This document shows positions 1-14,254 of a DNA stretch of 64,000 nucleotides, in pieces; the first letter of the stretch is position 1, and every line of letters starts with the position of its first letter. The stretch lies in the NCBI GenBank assembly GCA_021613535.1, contig CP075495.1, positions 2,046,001 to 2,110,000 on the forward strand, read 5' to 3'. This DNA comes from Adineta vaga. Lineage: Eukaryota; Animalia; Rotifera. A model generated the notes under the pieces. That model did no database searches and was not told where the DNA came from. It saw nothing but the letters and a program-made list of their open reading frames with translations. The translations under genes were made by a program, and so were the position numbers.

Positions 1-2384
1 ACGAACATCATCTTTAACAAATAATCGTACAACAACCTCAATATCAAATACGAATACAACAGCAACAAATAATCCAAATTCAATTCTAACAAAATCACCT
101 TTTACAATTATAACATCGGCAACAACATCACCAAATGATAATCGAACACAATTTTTTCCTACAAATGCTTCCGAGATGAATTTCCTACCAGACTCCAATA
201 ATATTCAATATGGTACACTAAAATTAACAAGTGGAACAAATCTTACTAATGATTTACATCATCATAATACTCAACATTTAACTATAAGTTATATTAAATC
301 GGGTGGAAGTAAAAAACGACGTGCTCAACAACAACAACAACAAACTATCAATGCGTCATTAAATCGTCCAACAAATGATTGTGATATGAGTACTGTATAT
401 GAAATAACTGAATGTTCGAAATCAACAACGGATTCACATGATCTTACATTAATTACTGGAAATAGTACAACTGGTAGATCGATTGTTACGATAGAAGAAC
501 AACAACAATCATCAACTATGTTAGAAGAAGAAGAACAACAACAACAACAACAACAAACTTCTTCTATGCTGACATCAACTATCAACACAATATCGCCACT
601 TGAAGAAGAAGATGCTTGTTTGACGACAGATGTTGATAGTGGAAGTAAGTGTGTTTTTGACTATCGAAGAAAGATCGTCAAACTTCATTAATTCCAATAT
701 ATTCATTTCTTTTTTGTCAAAAACATTTATCGTCAAGATAGTTTCTTATTTGATTGAGATAAATCACCTTGATTGACAAGAAAAACAACAAAAAAAAATT
801 TCGATATAGATCACTGATAAGATTATTGAATTAATATTCAATTATTCATTCAATAACATGATAATCGACAAATTTCTGTATCAAATAGTGTTTTTCTTTT
901 TCAAACAAAACAACGAATTGATTAGATTAGATTCGATCGATTAGCCATCTTTTCAATTTATTTTAGCTGAAGGACATGAATCAACATACATGCAAATAAT
1001 TCCTTCCTCATCAATTCATTCAAATTTACCTGAATCAATATCTCTACAAATGCCATGGGAATTTTATTTATCATCTATTCATGTTATTCTACAATATTAT
1101 CTCTTCATTTTTCCTTATCGATTACGTCCATTGGCAATTAAACCATCAATAACTATGAATACATTGAAATCTTTAACGATTCAATTACATCAATCAACAT
1201 CAACATCATCCTTAATTCCAATTCCAATAAAAACAACTCGAACAATTGCAACACAAACGTATTCAATTCCACCATTAGATCTAACTAATATTCATACATT
1301 AGTTCCAAATGAAACCTATGCATTTACTTCAATTAAACGACGAAAATTTCCGTTTAATCGTCCACTTTTACCATCATCATCTGTATTTACAAATTTTTTT
1401 CGTCAATCATCACGAACAATACATTCACGTCAAAATTCAGATAAATCATCGATTTCTTTATGTCAACGTTCATCACCTGCTTCTTCATCATGTCCATTAC
1501 GTCATCAATGTTCTCCTCCATATCATTCATCAACTGTTTTTCGTCAAATTGAATCGGAAATGGATCATATTCTTGCTAGTGATCATCGTCCTCGTGCAAC
1601 ATCATCATCATCTACAACTTTTCTTCATACGACCTATGGTCACCATAATCAACCATCATCCCATTGGCATCGACCCTTAAAACGTCGTCAACCTTATCAA
1701 TCACATTCATCTTATTTATTAACAAATCCACATCCCAATGGTGGTCGTCTACATCAAACAATAACTCCAACACAAAATACGAATTCTTCCGATTCATCAT
1801 CTGCTATTTATCGTTTTAATCCACGATTTTTCTCTCCAATATCGAATTCACATCATTCATCTTCTCAACGTTTAAATGATGAACATATTGTTGCTGCTAA
1901 TGAACGTAAAGCTCTTCGAGTTTTAATGATTATTTTTTGTGTCTTTGTTACTTTATGGACACCATTTTTTATTTGTACATTTATATCAGCTATATGTGAA
2001 CAATGTCGTGAACGTATATCATCGACAATCTGGTTTTCAATAACATGGCTTGGTTATAGTTCTTCAATGGCTAATCCTTTTATTTATACAATATTTAGTG
2101 ATGTTTTTCGTCGTGCATTTACTAATATTCTTTTCTGTCGATCAAATGAATCATTTTCTCGACAAATTTCTACAAAATCTTCTCGACGAAAAGGTGGTGG
2201 TGGTGGTGGTGGTTCTGCTGCTGCTCATCTAATGAATAATCATCAATTATCTAATCGACGAAGTCCCAATCCAGACTATTCGGGTACATCAACACCGATA
2301 CAATTAAATCCTCTTCCTCTACCACTGGGTGAACATGATGGAACTATTTATATAAATCGATGCACATCAGATTCATTTCGTTAA
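1..2384 (+). CDS. Biogenic amine GPCR, 5-HT2-like (5' part outside window); exons <1-644 and 967-2384
   Basis: TM6-TM7 ANERKALRVLMIIFCVFVTLWTPFF...WLGYSSSMANPFIYTIF (ANE.KA start of TM6, NPxxY). Intron 645-966 (GTAAGT...TTTTAG) joins ORF 176-691 in frame to ORF 990-2384. The frame is open from position 2. Confidence 0.85.
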
Positions 2385-2438
2385 TTAAATAAAACATGAA
2401 GATTTGCATGTGCTATTCTTCTTTTCTTTTCAACATAC

Positions 2439-5400
2439 CCTAGTTCTTGAAGTTTTTCAATCAATTGTTGTTTTTGTTCAGGTAACATTCGTGCAAAAAC
2501 AGTACCACGAACACATAACTAAAATGGATCGAATGTCTTTTGTTTATATGAAAGAATCAGATTTTACTCGACTTAATAATTCTGGATGTTTATCACGAAC
2601 AACTTGAAATGATTTGCCAGAAATAGCAAAATGATAGGGTGTTCGACGATCAAGTTCAATTAAACGATGTGACTAAAGAATTAGAAACAAAATAGAAAGA
2701 TTCTATTGAATTTTTAATTAGTTTTCATAATAGAAAGCTTTTAGGATTTCACAAAATATCCTTCATTGATATGAAAACATTCGATTGTTATCTTTATCAA
2801 ATAACTGTAATTCTGTCTGTTTATATTCCGATAAGTTTTCTTGATGTCAAAAGAGCTTGAATTGGATATGGTTATTTAATAGGCAAATAGATTGTTTCAT
2901 TAGACATATTTATCTAACAATAATGCACAAATGGATTTCTAATCAAAGAAATGTCTCGAAGAAGAAAAAAACTCGACTTCATCGAAATCAAATATTCTTT
3001 TCTTTTTACAATACGTACATTTTGATCATAGCGAACTTCTTTGACTCTTCGATTATAAACTTGAGCATATGTAAATGTAGGTGATTCATCAGATTCAGTT
3101 GCTTCAACAACAATAATTTTTGCATCATCGGGAATCATATCACAATCACGAGCAACACTTAATGCAGTTAACATATTGTCGCCTAGAGGATTAATTCATA
3201 AATACGAACAAAAAAAACAAATACAATGTACATATATACCAGTACACATAATTGTTCGAATATTAGCATTCGAAAGAACTTTCAATACTCCTGAGAAGAA
3301 AAAAAAGAATTTGTTTCAAAGAATTAGTAAGAATCTATTTGAATTTACCTTCAGTTTGTGGTTTTAGACGATTTTCCATAATAACAAGACCAAGAAAGAT
3401 TAGATTATGTTCAATTTTTTCTCTATTAATCATAATTATTGATGAGATAGATATTTACAAATAAACAAACCGTTCAATTCGTTGAATTTTAACATAATTT
3501 AATTCTAATGGTTTGTAAGCAAGTGCTAAAACTCGATAACCTTGTTTGGCATATGTTGATAGAATTTCATTGAAATTTTTCGGAACTATTCAAAGAATTG
3601 TTTCTAATTGAGAAAGATTAATTCTCGAAAAAATCAAATTTACTTACTTGTTTCAGGTTTTGATAGTTCAGCTATTTTTTCCGGTGAACCTTTTGTTAAT
3701 AAATCGAATGAATCTTTTGCAAGAATTCGTACAATTACACTTGTTCGTTGTAATGATGAACTGAATGGTAATTGTCGAACAATACCAATTTCAAAAGGAA
3801 TATTCTATGAAAAAAACAAATGAAGTTACAAAGAATTATTTTCTCCTCTCCTTTTCTTCACTCACACCAGCAATTAATGAACTAACAGAACCAGAAAGTC
3901 GACCGGGTGGTGGCACAATATTCGATGGTGAATTAATCGGTCGAACAATTGTTGGAAAAAGCATATCAAAATTAGCTTGTTCATTTTCAGCAGGTTCATA
4001 CAATTCATACTGTGTAAATGCAAGCATTTTTAAATCAAGTGGATCACCGGCAAGTTCACCATTGATTCTTGTTAATGTATGACAAGCTAAATGAATTTCA
4101 ATTAAATCGTAAATTCTTCATAGATTCTCTTTCTTACCAGCCATACAAACAATAATCATACTATGTGCTTCTTCATCACGCCAATTTAAATCAGTAACTT
4201 CTGTTATTTGAGAGCCAAAATCAATTTGTTCCGTACTATTCGTTGTGTCATGGGAGTGAACAATAGGTACAACACATTGAAGATCGAGTCCATCTTCTGT
4301 CAATGTGCCTGTCTATATAAACAGATAGATTTGATAAGAATTAACATAATCGCGACAAGAACAAACTTTATCAAAGACCACAGTATTAACAGATCCACAA
4401 ATATTGATTGAACGAGGACTAATACAAAAAATATTTGTTTTTTTCAAACGATTTTGAGCATAGACAAGACCCGCTGAAAGAGCGGCAGGAAGTGCAGGTG
4501 GAACGGCAATTGTAGTAACATCAATTGTACGTTTAATAATTATTCCCACTGGTTCACTACGTAAAATCTAATAATGACATGCAACAATTAATATGATTGA
4601 AATCATCAAGAATCGCATTTCTTACTCGCATAACAAGTGAGAAAATCATACCACCAAAGGCAATCAATGCCATACCACCAACATATTTATATGTATCCGT
4701 ATTAAATTTAAAATCAACCGGTTTTGGATAAAGAATTGATCGAATTAGTTCACCTTTTGCTGTACTAAATGCTAAATAAAATTTTCCACAAATAATTGTT
4801 ATTTTCATGTTTTTTATATTTCGATTTCTACCTGTTCGAATAACTACACCACGTACATCACCAGCACCATAATAACGTGTTTGAATAACAGATGTACCAC
4901 TGAAAAGAATAAATCGATTATGTTCAGCAACATTGAACGGTTCATCAAGTCCCGGATGATCAGATGATGATTGATAATACGGAATTTGAACTTTTGTTAC
5001 TGGAATACTTTCACCAGTTAACATTGCTTCATTGACAATAACATTTCCATTTAATAGCACAGCATCACATTGCATCATTGAAGAACTACGAATAATAATA
5101 ACATCACCTGGAACAAGATCTTCACTGATAATATCACGTTGTTCTTCTACAAAAAAAACAAAAACAAGCGAATAATCGAAATCAGATTTCTTTTAACTAT
5201 TAGACCTTCTTGCGTTTCGGAATTATATATAATCACAGTATTTAATTCCGATTGATGGACAGTATCACGTAAAGCTCGTTCATTCTATAAACATTTCATT
5301 TTTTTTGTTGCAAATAAAATTCAGAAAAACAAAACTTACCTTACGAACTTCACGTAATGTTAATATAACCGAAATAACAGTGATGAAAACAATACACGAT

Positions 5401-7190
5401 GCATAAGTAACATATTCATCAGCAAACCATAGAATACAGGAAAACAATTGAAAGATATAGAATGGAGAGAGAACCTATTGATTTCATTTCAAAAATAATT
5501 AAATATTTTTTTGTTCACAGAAGAATATTCTTTTACTTCTTGAATAAGTAAATGAAGAATAGGAGTCAGACGAAGACTGATACTATTTTCACCATGAATG
5601 ATTTTTCTAAAATAAAGAAATCGATGAAAAACAATAGAAATGAAAATCTTTGATCAGTTACTTTTGTGCACGTTCTTCGACTGTTAATGGACGAATCTGA
5701 CTGAAATAATCACATTTGACATTATTTTCAACACCTCTATAAAAAAAACAATCAATTCATTAATCAATTCAGTTCGTTAGACTTACAAGAGTTTTGTAAA
5801 TTTATATTCTGCTTCTTGCCAAACATAACGCCATCGTTTATTTATAAAATATCGATGAACATTTCTCTAAAACATCAGGAAAAAAAACAAACATTTCAGA
5901 AAATAAGTTTGTTATTGATTATGCTCTTTTGTTTGGTGTATTTTTACAGTCACTATCACCATCGTTATGTCAAAATAATGACGATTCTTGTCATGCTTCA
6001 TAGATTCTAATCTATGTATATGTCAATTATACGACAATTCGTATCAATATATCGAAATATTGATATACATCGAGTCAAATAGAATCTCGACTCGATATTA
6101 TCAAAAATAAATTCAATAGTCATTTACATTAAGCACGTATATATATATATAGGTCAGAAGACAATGGCGAAATAAAGTGAAAGGATTGAGAAAAGAAAGG
6201 TATTAATATTGATGTTAGAAACTGTAATGATATATTTTAGTATGTGTCAGACTATGTGTGTATACATAAATACGTATTATTACGTTTTCTATTTCATATA
6301 AAAGCATTTCTTGACAATGACGATGATGATAGGTCCATCTCCGAAGGAAAAACTAGACACAAAAGAGAGAGAAATTCCGTTCATATGCGTTTGATAACAT
6401 GCATTAATGACGAACATTTACATAACAAAGAACATGTCACCGTTACAAAGCAAAACAATGCTACCTACCGGTCGTTGATAGTTTTTCTTTGTTCGCAGCG
6501 TATCAGAGCTGCTCATGAGAAAAGGTTCACCTGTAGACTAAAGACTCTCGATTATTTTAAGCAAATTACGTATGTTTTTATTGAAGAAAATCGAATGAAT
6601 TATGAATGAAGGATAATGATGATGATGATGAGATGAAGAAGAACTACTTACATCATCTGCTTGTTGTCGTTCAGAAACTTGATCGTAACGAGAACGATTT
6701 GCAGGTGTAAAATTTCTTCAAGAAAAGAAAACATTTATAAAAAAAAGAAACTTAAATCATTTCAATACCGTGAATCATTTGGATCATTTGGATTAAGATT
6801 TGGATCAATTTTTAGAACAGTTTCAACATACCATTGTTGATACCGATCCTAGAAAATGAATAGAAGCAATTCAAATGAAGAAGAACAAGCAAAAATCTTT
6901 GTTCGAAATACTTTTAATAATACATATTGAGCAACAGCTAGATCAGTTCGAGTGCAACAACATCGAAGAAACCAATGAGGTTTCCAATAGAACACCAAAC
7001 GTAGAAATCCCACTGTTAGAACAATAAATATCCATGTAATGATAGTTCGTGCTACCGATCGAGAATAACCATAGAGAATCTAGATGAAATCAAGTTTAGT
7101 TTTGAAGAAAGAAGTTATTTGACGTACAAATTGATCATCTGTTCCATCATTAACAACTTGATATGATCGAACGCCACTGGTTTCAGGCAT
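2439..7190 (-). CDS. ATP13A3: P5B-type P-ATPase (ATP13A2/3/4/5 family), multi-exon; 3' exons lie beyond window start
   Basis: Motifs [21 protein letters not shown] (spliced), [30 protein letters not shown]. The last visible exon ends LQELG at a GTATGT donor (2438). The GDGAND and C-terminal TM exons are absent from 1-2438. Paralog assignment is uncertain. Confidence 0.9.
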
Positions 7191-8215
7191 AGAATTGGAT
7201 GAACCAATCTAAAAATGGAAAGAAAATCAATTTTCTTCTCTATTCTTTTCATTAATGAACTAATTAAATTAATACTTGATGTAGTTCAAATGATTTGCTA
7301 TTATGCTGATGATTAGTCATCAAGAACGATACACTTTTACTTTGATACAACGTCAGTAACCTTCACCAACAGATTGTCTGAGATGATATGTTATATGTAT
7401 ACGAAGACATGTCCTTAACCTTTTTCGTAAATCCGTTAGAAAAATGAGAAATTTATTGTTGTCTTTTTTTATGGGTTGTATGAATAAGGTTATGACTTCA
7501 TTTCGTTCGTTTCAATCGAAATTTTCTTTTCTTCTAAGGATTTAACTGAATATACAAAAGAAAACATCAAGCCAGGGTTTCGGATCTGATCAAAAATACT
7601 CATTTGACAAATGTTTTCGGATTATATTTACCTGAGAAACAGCTAAGAAGAATGATATATTAAATGCAAAAATATGAATGTACAATATTAAGAGAGAAAA
7701 AAATAGAACGACAAGTATGTCGTTGATCAGCAGAAAAAACGTATGTAAAATATCACAGTACAAATCTTTCTGATAAGAACTATGTATATTTTTGCCAGTT
7801 TACTTTATAACCATGTGGGATATCGAGCAAACATAATTTTCTTATTGTCTTCAATATAATAGCGAAAAAAAAGGACAGAAACGAACGAAATTCAAGCATG
7901 GATAGAGAAAAAAAGATATGAAATATAGAAATAATAAATAAACAATGAAATCCATTATATTGGATAGCAAATCTAACCAACGAGAAAGAAGCATAAAAGT
8001 ACTATATATATATATATGTAAAATATTATTTGGTCTACTTCTGGAAAATGTGTTTAAAGAAAAGAACAACATGAAGACACTGAAGTTGTCGACATCTGTG
8101 TCGAGATTTTTTCCTCTTACATCAACAAGAGAGATATATTGAGAATGATTTTCTTTATTAAGTTAACGAACAAAAAAAATAAAGAGAAACCTTTGTGTGT
8201 TATTTGTGAATAATT

Positions 8216-8302
8216 CACTCGGTAGGCAGAATCGAACTGCTACGCCGCGAAGCGTCCCTAGGTTTGAAGCCTAGCCCCGGCACCAGCCGAACTCAACCGA
8301 GT
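8216..8302 (-). tRNA. tRNA-Sec (selenocysteine), anticodon UCA
   Basis: 87-nt ACTCGGTTGAGTTCGGCTGGTGCCGGGGCTAGGCTTCAAACCTAGGGACGCTTCGCGGCGTAGCAGTTCGATTCTGCCTACCGAGTG. It has a 9-bp acceptor stem with a U.U pair, a 4-bp T stem, a long variable arm, a CTTCAAA anticodon loop and discriminator G: the eukaryotic 9/4 Sec fold. Confidence 0.95.
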
Positions 8303-8325
8303 ATTTAAAATCCTTTTTAAAAACG

Positions 8326-8333
8326 TTTATATA
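8326..8333 (-). promoter_or_regulatory. TATA box of tRNA-Sec gene
   Basis: TATATAAA on the minus strand 24-31 nt upstream of the tRNA 5' end. Metazoan tRNA-Sec genes use upstream TATA-containing Pol III promoters. A T-run terminator candidate lies at 8172-8179. Confidence 0.6.
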
Positions 8334-8666
8334 TTGAAATACTTCAATAGAAGTCTGTAAAGAAATACGGTGAATTGATTCTCAATGAAGTTTGTCAGTT
8401 AGTGACACCTGTTTACAATGAAAATTCTAATTCAATTTCAATTACTAATGAAGTCTTCAAAGTGAACATTCGTCGAAAGAAAGAATTGATTTTCAAAAAA
8501 AAGTCGATTCACTATCGACATCTATGATGAAAACTTGTTCGATTTGATTTGATCATTTTCAAGCAATGAAATATTCTGCTTGAATTAGAGTGTCAAGTTA
8601 AGTATAGTTTTTACAGAGAATAATCTTTTTTTTCTTTAGAGAAGATAATCATTCATTATATTTAAA

Positions 8667-11600
8667 ATGTCAGCAGATAGTAATAGTAGTAATAAATCAT
8701 TTTGGCCTGTAAAAGCAGCTTTTAAAGAGAAAATTATTGTTCTTTATGATGCTTTATTAAATGTATGTCGAATATATTTTTGTTCAACAAATAATAAGAA
8801 GAAGTAAATTTATATGTTCAGGGTGATCAACCATGGCTTGATAATGGACACTATTGGGATGATTTCTTTCTGTTAAAAGTCAATGCTAAATATCTCCTAG
8901 AAGAACTTGAACGAGCATATGTTGAAAAGGCAACTGTTTTGAAAGTAGAAATCGATGATTCATTATTAATAAAAGATATACATTTTCTTATTCATCCTAG
9001 CTTCAATTAAATACAATATTTGATCAATGTCTTGTTTTTGTCAATTCTACACATCGTATTCGTCAACTCAATGCTTATTATGTAAATATATTTTCTAATG
9101 ATTTCTTCATAGAATCAATTATATGAATATGTTTCATTCTAGACAATCTGTATTTTAATACATGCAGTTAGTCGAGTTAATCAACGTAATGGTTTTGGTT
9201 ATCCAGCCTTGGATTTTCTTTGTGGTAGTGAAGGAGTTGAGAATAAATTTGAAGTAAAATTTTTCCTTTTTCTTTTTTTCTAAAAATATTTCTGTTAATC
9301 AATTCTTTCATTAGACTTTAATCGAATCAATTAATCATACATTTCTTATTGATGAAAGTTTATCTGGTAGTACTTTATTGAAAAATGCTGCTTTTGATGT
9401 TATTCTTACTTGTTGTACAACAATGTTAAATATTAATGAGAATATGTTGATGGATTATATGATGACAAATGGAAATCTTTTCGATTCAATTACACAATTA
9501 GTTATTCGTTCACCTGCAAGTCATGGTTATGATATATGTCTTTTATTAGCATTACTTTTGCAATATCATAAATATGACGTAAGAAAAAATCATTCAGAAA
9601 GTAATTCTATAATTGTTTATTATTTGATTAGACATCTAATACATATATTGTACGATTTTCTGTTTTTGATGATGAAGTAGCGTTGACGGTAAGTTTATTG
9701 AAATGAAAGAATTGATTTTTAAAGACATTTTTTGTAGAGTTTAGCACAAGTTATTGGATCATCATTGAATGAATATAATAAGTAAGATGAACGATGTTTT
9801 TGTTGATAAAGAATATCTGATTATGTTTTTAGAGCATATGATATGGAACGAACAGCTAATGAATCATCATCATGGTGGAGTTCTTTAACAACATTTGTAA
9901 GTTTTATTTACTAATCGAAATAAATTCTGATTATATATAAGTATTTCTTTATGATTATTTTAGGTTGGTTCAGCAATTCAATCAACTGGTGGAAATCGTC
10001 GAATGAAAAAGTAATTTTTCTTTTATTTCATTTCTCAATCTATTCTTTCTCTTCGTCTAGAGTGGATGATTGTCTTCTACTCGCATTTTATGAGGCTGTT
10101 CATCTAAATCGAAACTTTATTTCAGCACTTACACATGTAATTATCTGATGAAATTCAAAATACAAGAAAGACTTGTTGTTTTTGTTTTTCATTCATAGAC
10201 AGCGACTAATTCATGGAATACGAAAGGTCCTTCTACCAGTGATATTTTACCACCATCATTACCAGCTATAACCACTCCATCTGTACTAATGAGTGAACAA
10301 ACAGATTTTTCTGATATGGATGATTTTTCTGGTTCAAATAATCTTCTTTCTGTATTTCTTGAATACTGTTCAATTATTCAACAATTCTCCAAAAGTCATA
10401 TTGCATTCTAATCTTTTTCTCTTTTCAATAATATTCTTATTTAGATGAAGATATGTGTAATACAACAAAATTATGTTATTTAATTCTTCTTTGTATAACA
10501 GAAGATGAATTTGCTAATGCAACAATGCATGATGAAAATGTTATATTCAGTGTTTATCTTCATAAAGCTGTATAATCAACAAAAAACGAAATTATTTTTC
10601 ATTGTCAAAAATGTTCTTTTTCTTTAGCCAATGCGTCATCGTAAACATAATAGTGAAAAAAATCCTCCCTCTCGACCATTAGCTGTGGCCTTACTGGATC
10701 TCACAATGGAATTTATCTGGAGTCATATGATGCGAAATTTTCCTTATGATCTTTATACGTAAATACAAATCTATTTAGATTTCAATTGAAAATGATATTT
10801 CTCTTCAAATAGAAAATGTATTGGTATTATTCAACGAATACTTTCGTATCAAAAACGTACGCGAACACGATTATCTTATTCATGGCGACCATTATGGAAT
10901 GGTAAATTTAATATCCTATATTTCTGATTTGAAATACGTTTTCACATTTAGCATTGATAAGTCTTTTGAAATTTCTTCAAAATTGTGAATCACAATTAGG
11001 AAAACATCGAGATTTATTTCAATTAGCATCAAAAATTATTAATATTTTCAATTTATTTATTACGTTCGGTGATACATTCTTACGCACTCCTGAAGCATAT
11101 GATGAAGTTTTCTATGAAACAGTACGATGTTATCATATATTTGATAATCTATTTGCATTTGGTAAATAAAAATATTATTTTTAGTCTTTAAATTAAGAAA
11201 TTTTCTTTCATTGAAATTTTAGCTTGTCGTTATGCAAACAATGATAATGAATTTAAAGATTCAGCATTGAAATTAATGGTGAATTTAACGAATATAAAGT
11301 AAGATAATCGAGTATGAATAAGAAATTCATATGTATTCTTCGTAGATTAATTACACATCATTTCAATACAAAAATTGAAGCATTTTCAAATAGTCAAAAC
11401 AATCCATTAACAGAAAATCAAGTAAAGAATCTTACTTTTATCGAGTATATAATTGTCATCTATTTCTCGTCTAGGTTTTAGAAATCATTCGAAATAATTA
11501 TGATACATTAGCATTAAAATTACATGATGATCTCGATCAATATGACACATATTCCGAAAAAGCAACTGAAGCTTCTTTCTTAGCTAATATTGTAAGTATT

Positions 11601-11754
11601 ATTTTTATCAATCAATATGTAATCTATTGAATAACATTGGCGTTTTTAGACACGTAATATCATTGGAACTTATCGTCGACAGTATTCATTAGATACGAAT
11701 AGTTCAGTACAACTTTCCAATATACTTCTTAATGAAGTTTCAACAATCAGTTAA
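8667..11754 (+). CDS. ARMH3: Armadillo-like helical domain protein 3 (C10orf76/UPF0668), multi-exon
   Basis: N-term [10 protein letters not shown]...[11 protein letters not shown]; [16 protein letters not shown]; [14 protein letters not shown]...YDEVFYE; C-term [16 protein letters not shown]; ends EVSTIS*. Confidence 0.9.
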
Positions 11755-11967
11755 TCGATCAATCATTATAAATCTCTCCATGGATTTCATTCGCATTTGA
11801 CTTTCATTGATTGACTAATCTATATGAATAGTTCTGTGATTGTCACTAAACATTTGTTTTTCGGACTTCGTTTCGTTTTCATTTTCTTTCATTTCAAAAA
11901 AAAAACCAAAAAAGAATAGCAAATATTACTTGTATATACGAAGTCTTTCTTCTTCTTATTATTATAG

Positions 11968-14091
11968 ATGGCAACTGTAAACTTAACGGTCACACCATTT
12001 CGAAATGAGTAAGATAGATCTAATTGTAGGAAGAAAAAAACGACGACGAATTTTATTGTTATATTTTAGTCAAGAAGTACGAAACTTAATTGATCTTGCT
12101 TATTCAAATGACATACAAGATAAACGAGAAGCAATCAATAAAATAAATGAATTAGAAGCTAGGTGTGAAATTTTCGTTATTGAAGAAAATCGAATATATA
12201 TAAAGTTAAATTTTTGTTCTCTATAGAATTAGTCAATTACCTATGGGTCTCGGTTCATTAAAACATATTCTTAAAGTTGAAATTATTCGCGCTGAACAAC
12301 GAGAACAAAATCAAATGGATGAAAATAGTTCTTTACAATATGCTTGTGCTGTCGCCGTTCTCAAGTTAGTTCATCATATTTCTTCTTAACTTGATTTATT
12401 AAGATTCTTTATAGATTCGTCGATGCTGTTAGTGTACCTTATCGTGTACATCATTCTCGTCTTTCATATCGAAATATTGCTAAACAAGTAAAGAATTTTC
12501 AATTTCTTTTTACATCGTTTTTATGTATTAAATCTTTTCTAGGTTGATCTTCCTGGTCATATTATTAGTTTACGTCATGATATTGCTCATCATCATGAAT
12601 TACCATCTTTATATGATTTACTTGCAGCAGTTGATTTTAGTAAACAATGGATTCGAGTAAATAATAATTCGTATGAAAAATGTAATTCATAGTTGATTTG
12701 TTTTATTCTTTTTCATAGAAAAATTGTCTTGATGAATTAGTTGAAACAATGGCACTGTTTAGTCAAGGTTCATATAGTGAATTCTTAGGAATTATTGCTC
12801 AAGAAACAATTCAAGCTTATGTAGAAGCACGTTTTAATGTATGTTTTGGAAGTTTCTTTTCTTTTTTTGAAGGAAAAATGGAAATGAATTTTTCAATATT
12901 GTTTAGTTTTTAACAAAACGAAGTAAAAAACGATTACGAATTGTTGATGAACGTGTTGAAGAAATACGTAAAGCTTTACAAATGTGCAATGGAAAGTAAG
13001 AAATCATATTTGATAAGAATGAACATAGATTTTGAAAGCCACGTATATTTCTAGAGAAATTATTGCAGATGTTTTTGTTCAATGTGGAAATCTTATTATG
13101 GTACCAAAACAATTAACACGTCTAGATTATGATTCAGGTAAATAATCTAACAAATAAATAGAATATACAATATTTGATCATTTTTTCTCGTCAATAGAAT
13201 CATTCGATCTTCTTCCAGCATGTGTAATTCAATTCTGGAAACCAATTATTCAATTGATAATGACTGATACAAGTTTAATTTCTATTCTTATTGATAAAAT
13301 CTTAAATTTTATTAGTAATTATTATCAATTACCATCTATTGATCAGTCTATTATTGATCAACAACGTATTGGATGGATATTTTATTTAATTAATCAATCA
13401 TCAACAAAACTTGATCTTGGTTCAATCTTTCTTCGTTTAGTACGTATTCTTCAACCATGGTTTGCTGAATCACTTTCTCAATTAGTTATTCGTATGACGG
13501 ATACGAATGATGGAACTCGACAAGGTTTCATAACTGAAGAAAAACGTGATAAACTTCTTCGAATAATTTCAATGTTTGCAAATCCATTTGAAACTATTGA
13601 TAATAATCAAGCAACAACATCTGCATTAATGGAAGTTTATCCGCGAAATCAATTATATAAACAAGAATTAGCGATGTTTAAAAAACGTATGTTCATCATT
13701 CGAATAGATGAAGTTCTTTTTCTTTTGTTCACATAAACTTTTATTTTCTTTAGGTACAATCATAGCTGAAGTACCAGCTGGTTTAGTCGATGATGAAGAT
13801 GAGCAAAGTTTAGAAATGAATATTGATCTATCACAAATTGATCGAAATTGTAAGTTAGAAATATATTGTTTTTCGTATATTCTATGAAATGATTTTCATT
13901 TCAGTTCTCGGTTGTCCAAATAAACAAAAGACAACGAATTCATTACCAATGAAAAGAAAACGAACAAGTTCACGTAGGTTATTCTTCATTTCTATATTCA
14001 TTTTAATTCTTTCATTTTTCTCTCTTTAGCAACTATTGATTCGAAACTCTTTCAAGATTTGCTCTATACTCGACATTCGTATCGATATTAG
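11968..14091 (+). CDS. LAS1L: Las1-like ribosome biogenesis endonuclease, multi-exon
   Basis: Spliced translation ...YACAVAVLKFVD...IAKQVDLPGHIISLRHDIAHHHELPSL...SKQWIR contains the Las1 HEPN RHxxxH motif. Confidence 0.8.
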
Positions 14092-14254
14092 ACAAATGTT
14101 TTCTCTTTCTTCATGTGTGTAGTCAGATGTATTTTTTCTTGTTATTCATTATAAAACTATTTCCTTCATTTCAACGTACATACCATCAGGTTTTTGTCTT
14201 ATCTGATCATATCTCTCTTTATATATGAATAAGAAATGAAAACGTATGTTTTGT

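Noticed and set aside
325-588. Poly-Cys ORF on minus strand
   Set aside because: Antisense shadow of CAA/GAA repeats in the GPCR loop.
8216-8302. Opal suppressor or mitochondrial tRNA-Trp(UCA)
   Set aside because: Length, 9/4 stems and long variable arm fit tRNA-Sec. TGA is used as a normal stop in this window.
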